Source: an uncultured Desulfobacter sp.
Lineage (GTDB): Bacteria > Desulfobacterota > Desulfobacteria > Desulfobacterales > Desulfobacteraceae
Direction: 5' to 3'
NCBI GenBank assembly: GCA_963665095.1
Contig: OY762069.1
Location: 2,464,001 to 2,528,000 of the forward strand
DNA: 64,000 nt
Shown here: piece by piece, positions 1 through 10,103 of the stretch
Layout: the number at the start of each line of letters is the position of its first letter
How positions within the stretch are numbered: the first letter of the stretch is position 1
The notes under the pieces: generated by a model
What the model was told of the DNA's origin: nothing
Databases searched by the model: none
The model's input: the letters and a program-made list of their open reading frames with translations, nothing else
Translations under genes and position numbers: made by a program

Positions 1-824
1 TCATGACTGACGCCCAATCGTTTAAGTCCGTTGCCGGTTTCATGAGCAATCATGGCAGAACCATTATCTGTCATCAAGGCTCTGGGAAGCCCTCTTTTGT
101 AAAACGCCTGGGACAAGCCGTGGATCAAAACCTCTGCCGTTTCATTCAAATACCATTGAATATGACAACACAGACGGGAGCGATCATCAAGAATGCACAA
201 TGCCTTGGGCGTATGCCACTGACCTTTTTCGTCCACCACGCGCCTGCTGCATTCGTGAAAGTCCAGATGCCATAATTCATGGATGTTTTCGGTTTCATAA
301 CTACGGACTTCATACGTTTCTAATCGCTTAAAAGCTGATTTCTGTCCGGATGTTTGATTTTTGTTCTTGGAAGCCTTTTTTCTCCAACCCCGTTCAACCA
401 TACGCCTTCTCACACTTGCATAGGACGGCGGATTCTCACACAGGCCCTGTTCAGCGATTTCAGCTGCCAGGTTGTCGCAATGAAGCTGATAGCTCCATTG
501 CGGATAAGTGTTGTACTGGACACCAAGAAGGCGGATCAATTCAGCATTCAATGCTGTGGATTTGCCCATATCTGAACGAACTTTACGGCCCAGAGCCAGA
601 ATTGGGTCCTGGCAATTTTTTGCCCTGTAATACCAGGCCTCAATTGTGGAAAAATGAAAACAGGTCGGTTTGTTCGTCACAGGATGAGAATAGATTTGAC
701 CTGCGAGCCGGGTCAGTTCATTTTGCAACTCTCCCTTTGCCGGAGGGCGTGCCAGTAAACCGCCGATAACCGAAAAGCGAAATAATGCCCACAGGTCTGC
801 CGGGTGCTGTGTTTTACCACTCAT
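1..824 (-). CDS. DDE integrase/transposase (rve-type, IS481/Mu-like), runs off the window edge
   Basis: Not in the ORF track (no stop in window). Manual translation from ATG 824 (SD AGGAG): MSGKTQHPADLWALFRFSVIGGLL...LWHLDFH...CILDDRSRL...RGLPRALMTDNGSA, which contains the first two catalytic Asp motifs of an rve fold. Confidence 0.85.
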   Translation of the reverse strand, partial: MSGKTQHPADLWALFRFSVIGGLLARPPAKGELQNELTRLAGQIYSHPVTNKPTCFHFSTIEAWYYRAKNCQDPILALGRKVRSDMGKSTALNAELIRLLGVQYNTYPQWSYQLHCDNLAAEIAEQGLCENPPSYASVRRRMVERGWRKKASKNKNQTSGQKSAFKRLETYEVRSYETENIHELWHLDFHECSRRVVDEKGQWHTPKALCILDDRSRLCCHIQWYLNETAEVLIHGLSQAFYKRGLPRALMTDNGSAMIAHETGNGLKRLGVSH

Positions 825-930
825 AAATCAGGCTCCTTTTTAATTTCAGGTTAAAATTTCGGATCAACGTCTGAAATCAGGTGGTAAAACAGCCTGCATA
901 TATTTGTCTATGTTCATCCTCTGCGCGAGA

Positions 931-1506
931 TTATCCGGCCCTGATTTTGGACCCGCCTGATAAGATTATCAGGCTTGATACAAGTGCGTTTTCGGCGTTG
1001 GATTTCACCGCCCGGCAATAATTGATGAAACTTGACGGCAGACGGCTGTTACTGACACCAGCGGATATCTGCCCCCGAAGCCTTCGCCAGGTTCGGCTCA
1101 CTGGAAATGTATCCTGAAAAAAGGCAAGCCAGCGGTTTATTGTGTTCCGGCTAATGCCAGTTCGTATGGACAAATCATAAACGGTGATTTTTTCATTGGT
1201 ATTTTGCCAGTCTGTTAAAACACACAGAATAACTGCAAACCAGTAGACTTTTCTCCCCAGAAAACGGCAGGACGGCGGCATCAATCTTTTGCGACACCCT
1301 TCGGTTCCACAACATAGGCTGAACTGAATAAAGAATTCCTCCGGCACGCCCTCAGGCTCTCCCCGGGGCTTGCGCATGTAATTGCTGAAATATAAGGGGC
1401 CTCCACAATGCGGACAAGGCAACTGTCTGTACTGTTTTGCTGTATTTTTATCGATTTCGTAAAGATGGAAAAAAAGATTTTTGTTTTTAATAAGTTCTGA
1501 TAGCAT
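931..1506 (-). CDS. Transposon-associated Zn-ribbon + HTH protein (DUF6431-like)
   Basis: CPHC...CC..C Cys cluster, HTH-like LSIRTGISRNTINRW; directly upstream of and co-oriented with the transposase. Confidence 0.6.
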   Translation of the reverse strand: MLSELIKNKNLFFHLYEIDKNTAKQYRQLPCPHCGGPLYFSNYMRKPRGEPEGVPEEFFIQFSLCCGTEGCRKRLMPPSCRFLGRKVYWFAVILCVLTDWQNTNEKITVYDLSIRTGISRNTINRWLAFFQDTFPVSRTWRRLRGQISAGVSNSRLPSSFINYCRAVKSNAENALVSSLIILSGGSKIRAG

Positions 1507-1664
1507 ATCTCCTGCCCTGTTAGGGTAATAGGGGCAGAAGTTCCATTGATTATTTGCGAGATAAACGGGGGAGCTTCTGCCTCATCCCTGGCATATCTTG
1601 CAAATTATCTTTAATTTTTCCATGATTTTTTGTGATCATTCTCAGTATATAAAGAAGATGGGTG

Positions 1665-1778
1665 CGTTATTTCGGTGCGCTCTGACCTGGCGTCCATGAC
1701 TTTTTGGATGGCCTTTGCAATTTCAGGTTTTCTCAGGTTTTCAAAACCAATTTGCCCCGCCCTTTTTGGAGCATACCC
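1665..1778 (-). pseudogene. Phage terminase small subunit fragment
   Basis: Manual translation GYAPKRAGQIGFENLRKPEIAKAIQKVMDARSERTEIT matches the AGYS.KTA..IG.ENL.KP.I...I......RS.RTEIT pattern of Terminase_2 proteins; no start codon or full ORF. Confidence 0.7.
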
Positions 1779-2320
1779 GTCTGTGAAGATAATTTTTTTT
1801 GCCCTGTTATATTTCCCCTGAGCGCCGGATTCAAGTTTATCCGGTATTAAATGTACTTTTCAGCATAAAGGCTCGACTACATCATATTGTGGTTGAGGAT
1901 TTTTTCAAGAAAGTGGCTATCATATCTGTAGTTTATATTTATCACAAATTTTTAAAAGATGGCTTAAACTCATTATCACTTCATCACTTCTTAAAATATT
2001 TTTGATTATGATTGAGCCATTAACTCATTAATCCTATTTTAATTAGGTTCTGTTTTCAGATTCACTATGAAAACTATCGCTTAATTTTTGCGTCTGTACT
2101 TTCGTATTCGCAAGCCCTTGCCGTTCGACCTGACACCTCCCCTAAAAGCGATTCTATCATCCGATATGTCATCAGCTAAAGGATCTCATCGTGGAAATAC
2201 TGAATCAGAATATCCCGTCAGATTTTATAACCCTCTAAATACGCATTTCTACCAATATATTTTTCCCGGAAAAACAAATAAAATGATTGTCAAGCAATTT
2301 AACTTTATGGAGGTTTCAAG

Positions 2321-2929
2321 ATGGAAAAAGTAAAATTTAATTTAATAACGGCATTCTTTTTATTGTTATTTGTTTTTACAGGAGTATCTAATAGTACGAC
2401 TATGTTAGGCGAGGAAAACGACGTTGTCAATTCTACTTGGACTTTCCACGATATAAGTTCCGGCCTATACTATCAGAGTTTTATAAGCGCCTACAATAAC
2501 ATAGTTGGAGCAAGTTTTTTTCTTTCCGACCGGGAAGGTGACACTAATGGCGAGGTGACGATATCTCTGTACGATACAATCGGTAATACAGCAATTGCGT
2601 CTGGTACAGTAACAGCCAGTGAGAACACATGGGCCGAGGTAAGCTTTTCTCTCACAGCTTTAACTGTAGGCACTGAATACTATTTATTAGTCCAGTCCGA
2701 CTCTTCATTTTATTCAAACTACTCTAACGGCGATGCTTATGCAAACGGCACGATATATAATTCTTCCGGAGGCGTATGGGAATCGGGCGAGTCTCCACGT
2801 TTAGACATGACATTTAGGACATATTACGACGATGGATATGATGGTGGACAAGTTCCAGAACCAGCAACAGCATTCCTTATTGGTATGGGCTTAATAGTGC
2901 TTGCAGGAGTTGGCCGAAAAGATAAATAG
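2321..2929 (+). CDS. PEP-CTERM sorting domain surface protein
   Basis: N-terminal signal peptide, Ser/Thr/Tyr-rich body, C-terminal VPEPATAFLIGMGLIVLAGVGRKDK; SD GGAGG. Confidence 0.9.
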   Translation: MEKVKFNLITAFFLLLFVFTGVSNSTTMLGEENDVVNSTWTFHDISSGLYYQSFISAYNNIVGASFFLSDREGDTNGEVTISLYDTIGNTAIASGTVTASENTWAEVSFSLTALTVGTEYYLLVQSDSSFYSNYSNGDAYANGTIYNSSGGVWESGESPRLDMTFRTYYDDGYDGGQVPEPATAFLIGMGLIVLAGVGRKDK

Positions 2930-2953
2930 ATTAACATTAAAAACATCTCCAAA

Positions 2954-2974
2954 GGAGGGTTGAAAATACCCTCC
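2954..2974 (+). terminator. Stem-loop after the PEP-CTERM gene
   Basis: GGAGGGT-tgaaaat-ACCCTCC. Confidence 0.45.
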
Positions 2975-3578
2975 AATGAAAAACAAGAATCAATATGTTA
3001 TAATCCTAACTAAGGAAGCATACCTAAAATTCTTTGTTAATAACCGGAACATTAATGGTTGCGGGTATCGTACAAAAAAAGCCTGCAAAGGAAAACGCAT
3101 TAAATCAAAGGCCAATTAAGGCGCTTACAGCAATAACAACTTTTTTGAGAGCAGGGTGACCAACATAACATTTATTTCTCAGGGTCTGATTCCTATAAAT
3201 CTGAATTTTTCCTAAGAACGGACTTGGTATGAAGGAACCCTTTTTCCCGAATTATCAGACCACCAGATATTGTGTCTACCCGGAAACGCCACCAGTAAAT
3301 TTAATATATTATTATCCTCGATCAATAGAATAGAGACGTGCACAATATGTTGTTCCCAGCACCAATCTCCGAAAAGTGAGCCTTGAAATAGACATAAGGC
3401 TCGCTCATTATCCAAATCAAAAACCCCGGAAAAACACGCAATCTCAAAGTGTTGAATATTAATAATAGTCTGGGGTTTTATACCCTACATTTTGGGGATT
3501 TCGTTTTTGGCATAGTCCTCACTTCACACTGAAGATTCATTTCTGTGAAGGATGAGGAAATAGTGTGAAACAGGAACA

Positions 3579-4334
3579 CTAAACTTTTAATTTCAAAAGC
3601 TCATCATCAAGACCATAATGAGCGACATTTATTCGGTCACTGTTTTGTGTAATATAGTCAGCGGTTAATAAAGGGGCCTGGAATGGAAAAAAACCAGGAT
3701 TATAAATTAATCCTCCCAATGCACTTTTCCCTTCCGGTAAAGCATGTAATGCCGACTCAAATAATAGAATAGCAACATTGGGGTCATTAATGATGTTGTT
3801 ATCAGTTTTTTCATAACACCCTTTTGTATTGGAATCTTTAAGGACATTCCAGGAAACGAAGGACCGTACTGTATAACGGGCAACTCTGGCAACTGTTTCC
3901 CGGTCACCGTATTGTTCTTTCAATCGATCAAAAATTTGCCGTTGCGTTACCTTATCCTGGAGACTTAAAATCCGGCCGACTTGTTTGGCGACACTAAACC
4001 AGAAGGGATATGAAGCGGATATTACGGCCCAGTGAAGCGGAAGCCACTCTGAGGGTTGGGTTGAAGATGCTAAATTCAAAGCGGATTCACAGAACGGCAC
4101 AAGTTCTTTTTCTTTGGGGAACCATGAACCAAGTATTCCAATAGCCTTTTTTTTTGTTTCCTCGCTTCGTTTACCGGTTCCACCTTTGGTCCCCTGGTCC
4201 GTAAGGTATTGATCCAGGTCTTTCCGGATCTCTGATTCAGACATGCCGGCAAGCAGCATCTGCACGACACGGTCCATCCATTCAATTTGGATGATCTGTT
4301 TTATTCCCAATTTTTCATGTCTTCCGATTGTCAT
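3579..4334 (-). CDS. brxA: BREX-3 BrxA-like protein
   Basis: Last gene of the operon, ATGA overlap with pglZ; LHWAVISASYPFW...YGDRETVARVARYTVRSFVSW pattern and size fit type 3 BrxA. Confidence 0.7.
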   Translation of the reverse strand: MTIGRHEKLGIKQIIQIEWMDRVVQMLLAGMSESEIRKDLDQYLTDQGTKGGTGKRSEETKKKAIGILGSWFPKEKELVPFCESALNLASSTQPSEWLPLHWAVISASYPFWFSVAKQVGRILSLQDKVTQRQIFDRLKEQYGDRETVARVARYTVRSFVSWNVLKDSNTKGCYEKTDNNIINDPNVAILLFESALHALPEGKSALGGLIYNPGFFPFQAPLLTADYITQNSDRINVAHYGLDDELLKLKV

Positions 4335-6337
4335 CGTGTTCTCCTTTTGAAATTCACCAACGGCACGATGACTTCCTCTATAGAAACGCCTCCATGACCG
4401 ACTACTGTACTTCCTTGGTGCGTAAATGCATCTTTATCACCAGCGACAAGTGGGAAATAATCCGCAGGCAGGCCAATAGGTTTCCACACTTGTGCAAAAT
4501 CAAATTGGTCTGCTATCTGGGATCTTAGTTCTTCAGACGGATAGATACGAACTCTTTCTCCTCTTGTTTCTGCAATGACACCTTCTGATGGGTTGCCCTT
4601 CCCGGTACACTCGATATTTCCATGGTCAGATGTCATCCAGACATCGTATCCATTGTTCAACAAAAAATTTATTAATGACTGAAGAAACCCTTTCCGGCAC
4701 CATTGCCTGATCTGGTTATGCATCCCCGCTGATCCAAGCTGCATACCATGCATTATTTTGTCTATTTTATCAATTACAAGCCCGACGGCTTTAGTTTTTC
4801 CCGGGTTAAATATAGAGTCCATTACATTTTCAACATCACCATCGCTCAACCCTCGCGCATATGAAATATCCAGCCGGGATACATTGTGATTTTCCCAAAA
4901 CTGCTTCCATAATTTTCCCTCATTGTTGGTGGTTTTAATTGAGGAGGGAAAATAGTAAGGCGCTTTACCGGAAAAAATGGATTGTCGAGATACGGATGTC
5001 AATGTAGGTATCCAGGCAAAAACAGCAGATTCGTTTATCCACAGTTCGCTGTCATTACCTTTAAGGATTTGCCTGATGCTGATCCATTGATCAAGTGAAA
5101 GACCATCAACAACAATCAATGCCAAAAGTGCGTCCTTAGATTGCTCCATCTCCATGGATAAGCGTCTTGGAATATGATGCAGCATGGCTGGGTTGATTGC
5201 CGGAAGACTCATTAAGTTGGAATAGTTTTCGTCCAACCACATTGAGAAAGATTTATTGATTTCATTCCCAATATCGATAAACTGAGACTGAATTTCATCA
5301 TCTTGATTATGGACCCGGTTATGAATGAGGCACGAGAGTTCAGCCCATTTTAAAGCATAGTCAGTCCATTTCGTATAAGAGGCTTCTTTGTTCGGAAAAG
5401 TATCTTTTAGAAGCTTAAACAAACCTGAAATACGGAAAGTGCCATCAGTATCATGTTTTTTGATGCCAACATGAATCCATGAGTCCGTATCCGTATCTAA
5501 TTCTATCTTTTCAACCGGGGTAAGTTTCCCTTCAAGGAAGAGATTGTCGATATAGACCTTAATATCCTGATGGTTAAACGGCAATAACTCCGGCCCTTCA
5601 TACGTCAAGTCAAATGCAGATCTGTTTTCTTCGATACCCTCTGTTTTAGAAATCTGATCTACAAATATTGGCCATCTCTCATCGAGAAACTTATAAAAAG
5701 CTTCTTCTTTAAATACGATTTCATCCAAATTCCATGTCTGAAACGCAGAATTCTTGTTCAGAAGATGTGCCAACCTTTCTGAAAGAATCTCAGGTAGTTG
5801 TAGTGTGCCGTAATGGATTCTTAAAAGAGTTCGCAAAAGAGCGGTGTCATCTACAATCGTATCCAATGGAATATTAAAAACATGATGCAGGATGAAATCC
5901 TTAGTTTTATTTTCTCCCATAACATCAAACGGCTTGCCTTGTTGAGCACTGAATAATGCATCCAGTAAGGAACGGTCCAAGGCTTCCACTATTGGGTAAC
6001 TGAAATTTGGGAATAAGTCCCCAAGAGTGAAAGCCAGTTTTCTTCCTGCCTGGAGCAGATCATATGGTAAAGAAGACAGCGCGGCTTTCGGTAATCTGAG
6101 GATAACCACCAAATCAGTATGTTCACCCCTGTCCCAGGCAGATCTGTATTTAGATTCATAGGCGTAACGAAATTCAATGGGATCTTCAAATTCTATAAGA
6201 TCAAACCCTTTTTGCCGTAATTTCAGTGCAAGCCTTTCTTCTGTCATCAGGCTGTCCGGATCTGCAACCAGGGTGAGATGACTTACATTCGGGATAAACT
6301 CTTCAAGAATTGAATTCCTCCAGTCTTTCAGTGTCAT
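4331..6337 (-). CDS. pglZ: BREX-3 PglZ phosphatase-domain protein
   Basis: IVVDGLS, PTLTSVSRQSIFSG, TSDHG and GHGGVSIEEVIVP motifs of PglZ. Confidence 0.92.
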   Translation of the reverse strand: MTLKDWRNSILEEFIPNVSHLTLVADPDSLMTEERLALKLRQKGFDLIEFEDPIEFRYAYESKYRSAWDRGEHTDLVVILRLPKAALSSLPYDLLQAGRKLAFTLGDLFPNFSYPIVEALDRSLLDALFSAQQGKPFDVMGENKTKDFILHHVFNIPLDTIVDDTALLRTLLRIHYGTLQLPEILSERLAHLLNKNSAFQTWNLDEIVFKEEAFYKFLDERWPIFVDQISKTEGIEENRSAFDLTYEGPELLPFNHQDIKVYIDNLFLEGKLTPVEKIELDTDTDSWIHVGIKKHDTDGTFRISGLFKLLKDTFPNKEASYTKWTDYALKWAELSCLIHNRVHNQDDEIQSQFIDIGNEINKSFSMWLDENYSNLMSLPAINPAMLHHIPRRLSMEMEQSKDALLALIVVDGLSLDQWISIRQILKGNDSELWINESAVFAWIPTLTSVSRQSIFSGKAPYYFPSSIKTTNNEGKLWKQFWENHNVSRLDISYARGLSDGDVENVMDSIFNPGKTKAVGLVIDKIDKIMHGMQLGSAGMHNQIRQWCRKGFLQSLINFLLNNGYDVWMTSDHGNIECTGKGNPSEGVIAETRGERVRIYPSEELRSQIADQFDFAQVWKPIGLPADYFPLVAGDKDAFTHQGSTVVGHGGVSIEEVIVPLVNFKRRTR

Positions 6338-9204
6338 GCGACATCCTCTTCAATTCCCATCAGAATTAACGGACGCATCTCTGGTAAGACTTGACGTGCG
6401 GATTCCAGTTCAGCTTTCCATTCCAACTCTTCTTCTTCGCATCGATTCAGCCGGTATTGCCTCACTTCGGGAAGTCCGACTTTTTCTATTGCTTTTCTTC
6501 GGGCTGCAAATGCAATAGCACCACGATTTTCTTCCCGGGAAATTGAAAAATCATGATTTTTTTTAAGATCCTCAAACAGCTCCAAGCCCGATTTTTCAGC
6601 CTCATGACTGAGTAAATTGAATAACTCTATTGACTGCTCAGGCTCGGTTATACCGTGAATCTTGGGGTCCGTTGTCTGTATTGAATCCCATATATGTCTC
6701 GCCGTCGGCAAAAACACTTTTTTATCATGGCTGATAAAAATCGTAAGATATCGTTTTCTTACCATTGGTATTCGAATATATTGACTGTCTGAGTTAAGCC
6801 CGGCCTGCAACCGTATTTCAAATAAACCCCACACGCCTTTGACAGTGGAAGGTAAGCCATCTATGCTGACAACCGGGATGGGCTGCCCCACAGGGAATCC
6901 CGGAAGGTTTAACGCAAGCCCTCTGACTCTGTTATTTTCAAGGGTTAAAACATTGGTGTTCGAGTCGGCATTTTCTGATTGAAACTGTACATTGGCACTA
7001 CGTTCGCCATCGGGCCAGACCAAATTCCATCCAAAGAGATCTTTTCCAACTTTACAGTTCTTCATTTTAAGAAAACTGATGGTCATTCTTTCAACCCAGT
7101 AGGGTAAAGGGTGTGTTCTTATTTTTTCTGCGGTTTCAACCTCAGGATCCTCAGAAATGCCATAAACCGCAGAATCTTCACGCACAGCCGTTATTTGTCC
7201 TCTCAGATCGCTGATCGCCTCTTCTACCCGGGTATCCGGATCAGCATCTTCCATAAGGACCTGGGTCATCATCTTTTCAACCATTTCACCGGAAAGAGAA
7301 GAATCCAGGATATCATCTGTTTTATCAATTCCAAGTTCATCAAGAATTACAGCCAATTTTGTTTCTAAAACTTCCCGGACCCTGTCTTCGACCGAGTTCT
7401 CATACACAAAATTAATTGCCTTAACAATCTTATTTTGTCCTATGCGGTCAACACGCCCTATTCTTTGCTCAATACGCATCGGATTCCAGGGAAGGTCATA
7501 ATTAATGACCACATGGCAGAATTGGAGATTCAATCCTTCGCCACCGGCATCTGTTGATATAAGAATTCGTGCTTTTTCACGAAAGATTTTCTGGGCTATA
7601 CGCCGTTCTTCCATACTCATGGACCCATTGAGTCCGGCACATTCTATCCCACGATCTTCAAGAAATTTTTTGAGCATCTTCTGGGTCGGGATAAATTCGG
7701 TAAAGATCAACAATTTCAATTGATCATCATTTTCCTGACCCTGAAATTCATATATCAAGTCCATCAAAACGGTCGTTTTAACATCAGGGCCTGAATTTTC
7801 TGCATCCCGTGCCAGTGATAATAAAAATTTTACCCGATCCATTTCGGCGACTCTGCCGGGTTCATTCACTTCGATCAGTTGTTCCAGCAGTTCCTGACCG
7901 TCTAATTCAGGGAACAAGGCCATATCATCTTCATTTATCGAACTTTCCTGATTGTGAAGATCTTCAAGAACATTCAACCGTCTTTCAAGCGTACAACGAA
8001 TGGCATATGTGCTCGAAGTAACGATACGCTGGAGCAACACCATCAAAAAACCGATATGGGGTTTTCGATCTTTGATGGCCTGGTTGTATCCCTCTTTTAC
8101 ATAGGCCGATACCTCTTCATACAGGTCTACCTGTTTTTGATTTTCCTGAAGATTGATTTTTTGAGTTCGAGTTGTTCGGGGTATAAAAAGAGGTTTGCCC
8201 TGGGAAGTGACAGCTTTACGCTTTTCTGTACGAATGACAAATTCTGATACCCGGGCCTGGGTAACGCTTTCTTCATCCGGGAACGTCATCGGGTCCAGCA
8301 AACTCATCAGCCTTGCAAAGGAGTCCGATTTGCCCTGATGTGGTGTCGCGGAAAGTAAAAGCAGATATGGTGAGGCTTCAGCCAGCCCCTGGCCCAGTTT
8401 AAATCTTGCAACTTGATCCGTACTTCCCCCCAGCCGATGGGATTCATCCACAATGATTAAATCCCATTGTCCGTGAACCAGTTTTTCATATCGATTTAAA
8501 TTGTAAAACTGTATTTTTTCTTTAGACCATCCGCGGCGCTTGGTCAGAGGTTTGACCGCATCCAATGTAACAACAGCCTGGGGGAATCTAAGCCAGGGAT
8601 TATAATCTTTCGACGATTCAGTATCAAACATCCTTTCCGGACGTTCCAATCTTTCCAGCGCATCAAGATCCCCTGGATTGATCAAGGCAAAGGTTTCGTT
8701 GAAGTGGGTGTTCATCTCCCCGATCCATTGCATGGCAATACTTTTGGGTGCAACAACCAGTGTTCTTTTAACCAGCCCTCGTAACTTCAGTTCTCGTAAA
8801 ATCAAACCGGCTTCCACTGTTTTTCCAAGCCCGACCTCATCTGCCAGCAGGTATCGGATTCTGTCGCCTGAAATGGCTCTGGATAATGCATGTATCTGGT
8901 GGGGAAGGGGAATCACCCTTGATTCCATGGGGGCCAGAAGCACATTGCCGTCTGATCCCAAGGCGCTTCCTTCAAGGACCTCGGATACTTTTGCTGCCGC
9001 AGCAACATAGGCAATATGGGCCTGTTCTATTTCCGGATGGGATTGTGTGGCTAACGGCTTTAATGTAGATTTTGGGACTCTGACAACGACACCCTGGTCA
9101 GGCAGCCATATCCGACAGATTGCCCGGCCCCATAACGTGTGCTCTTCAACTACTTTGCAGGTGCTGTTATGGGATGTGCTGTATTGCCATGCGTCATTCT
9201 GCAT
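6334..9204 (-). CDS. brxHII: BREX-3 SNF2-family helicase BrxHII
   Basis: LLADEVGLGKT, DESH, SATP, GGEGLNLQ, QRIGRVDRIGQ; ATGA overlap with pglZ. Confidence 0.85.
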   Translation of the reverse strand: MQNDAWQYSTSHNSTCKVVEEHTLWGRAICRIWLPDQGVVVRVPKSTLKPLATQSHPEIEQAHIAYVAAAAKVSEVLEGSALGSDGNVLLAPMESRVIPLPHQIHALSRAISGDRIRYLLADEVGLGKTVEAGLILRELKLRGLVKRTLVVAPKSIAMQWIGEMNTHFNETFALINPGDLDALERLERPERMFDTESSKDYNPWLRFPQAVVTLDAVKPLTKRRGWSKEKIQFYNLNRYEKLVHGQWDLIIVDESHRLGGSTDQVARFKLGQGLAEASPYLLLLSATPHQGKSDSFARLMSLLDPMTFPDEESVTQARVSEFVIRTEKRKAVTSQGKPLFIPRTTRTQKINLQENQKQVDLYEEVSAYVKEGYNQAIKDRKPHIGFLMVLLQRIVTSSTYAIRCTLERRLNVLEDLHNQESSINEDDMALFPELDGQELLEQLIEVNEPGRVAEMDRVKFLLSLARDAENSGPDVKTTVLMDLIYEFQGQENDDQLKLLIFTEFIPTQKMLKKFLEDRGIECAGLNGSMSMEERRIAQKIFREKARILISTDAGGEGLNLQFCHVVINYDLPWNPMRIEQRIGRVDRIGQNKIVKAINFVYENSVEDRVREVLETKLAVILDELGIDKTDDILDSSLSGEMVEKMMTQVLMEDADPDTRVEEAISDLRGQITAVREDSAVYGISEDPEVETAEKIRTHPLPYWVERMTISFLKMKNCKVGKDLFGWNLVWPDGERSANVQFQSENADSNTNVLTLENNRVRGLALNLPGFPVGQPIPVVSIDGLPSTVKGVWGLFEIRLQAGLNSDSQYIRIPMVRKRYLTIFISHDKKVFLPTARHIWDSIQTTDPKIHGITEPEQSIELFNLLSHEAEKSGLELFEDLKKNHDFSISREENRGAIAFAARRKAIEKVGLPEVRQYRLNRCEEEELEWKAELESARQVLPEMRPLILMGIEEDVA

Positions 9205-9212
9205 TCTCTATA

Positions 9213-10103
9213 CTAACCATTAACCCTTGAGCTTATCAGCTCTTTGAGTACGGTAAAGTCATGGGGCTGAACTTCGGTTTCTTTTTTCAGCAGATCTTTG
9301 ACAACCGCATTCAGTTTATCTTTTCCGCTTAGGTTGGAACCGTCAGTGGCCTGGACTTTGAAGCATCCTGAATGAATAACTTGAGTTAACACCTTTTTCC
9401 CCTGGATCATATCGATCCATTTACCTTCACCGAAAACAGGTTTATCTGCGTCTCCCAACATCTGGTCAACGATATGGTTAAAACGATTCTCCAATTCATC
9501 GGGGGAAATAATCTTACAGACATCTGTTCGATGGGTTTTAAATTCACTTGCACCCTTTAATTTTTCAAGGGCAGCATCTTTAGAAGAAAATTCATCCAGG
9601 TTTGAAAATTTTTCAATCCAGTTCTTTTTCAGTTCCTCCCGAATGGATGTAACGACATAATTTGCGGCATCCATAAACAGCCTATCTTCAACAAATTGAA
9701 GTATTTTTCGTTCAATTTCCTCCTGGCTCACTTCACGATATTTCGACTGAAACAGATATCCGGGCTCAAGAAAATAGTTTTCGATTTCCCGCTTTTTCCA
9801 TATGAGCAGATTATGCTTATCCGGATCAGGAAAATTGGCCCAGCATTGTTCAATGAAATCATCTCTATGGTGATCTCGGTCAATCAAAAAATAATAGGAA
9901 GGATGATAACTATACAAGGCCTGTGCAACACTTTTTACCGAATAAGACGGGCCTAAGGGTTCAATTTTAATATGATCCTCCCCAAACAGCTCATTTAATA
10001 CCTGCGGATCAACAGAGTTGCGGTCTTTGCCTTCAACAAAGAGGACATGCCGGCTTTGCTGGCGGACTTCCTCCGGACGGATTCCACGCTCAAGACGAAC
10101 CAT
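9213..10103 (-). CDS. TOPRIM/DUF4435-like nuclease (PARIS AriB-like)
   Basis: LFVEG..D, LIDRD, REIENY motifs; TGATG-coupled to the upstream ABC ATPase. Confidence 0.7.
   Translation of the reverse strand: MVRLERGIRPEEVRQQSRHVLFVEGKDRNSVDPQVLNELFGEDHIKIEPLGPSYSVKSVAQALYSYHPSYYFLIDRDHHRDDFIEQCWANFPDPDKHNLLIWKKREIENYFLEPGYLFQSKYREVSQEEIERKILQFVEDRLFMDAANYVVTSIREELKKNWIEKFSNLDEFSSKDAALEKLKGASEFKTHRTDVCKIISPDELENRFNHIVDQMLGDADKPVFGEGKWIDMIQGKKVLTQVIHSGCFKVQATDGSNLSGKDKLNAVVKDLLKKETEVQPHDFTVLKELISSRVNG

Larger units (their letters stand above)
1..1644 (-). mobile_element. Partial IS/transposon (accessory gene + DDE transposase); probable TG terminus at 1644
   Basis: Gene pair as above; the minus strand begins TGAGAATGATCACAAAAAATC at 1644, a TG end typical of DDE elements. 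The other end is outside the window. Confidence 0.55.

Noticed and set aside
3..769. Plus-strand ORFs 3-275, 350-769 and 354-575
   Set aside because: Antisense shadows of the minus-strand transposase
2088..2333. ORF or possible riboswitch upstream of the PEP-CTERM gene
   Set aside because: No recognisable protein motif and no match to c-di-GMP or other riboswitch consensus that I can support
3212..3415. 67-aa minus-strand ORF downstream of brxA
   Set aside because: No motif, TTG start, no clear SD; cannot be supported as a gene
4147..4155. Poly-T(9) tract in brxA (and poly-A(9) at about 15422 in the MTase) as phase-variation switches
   Set aside because: Both ORFs are in frame, and A/T runs of this length are common in this AT-rich DNA
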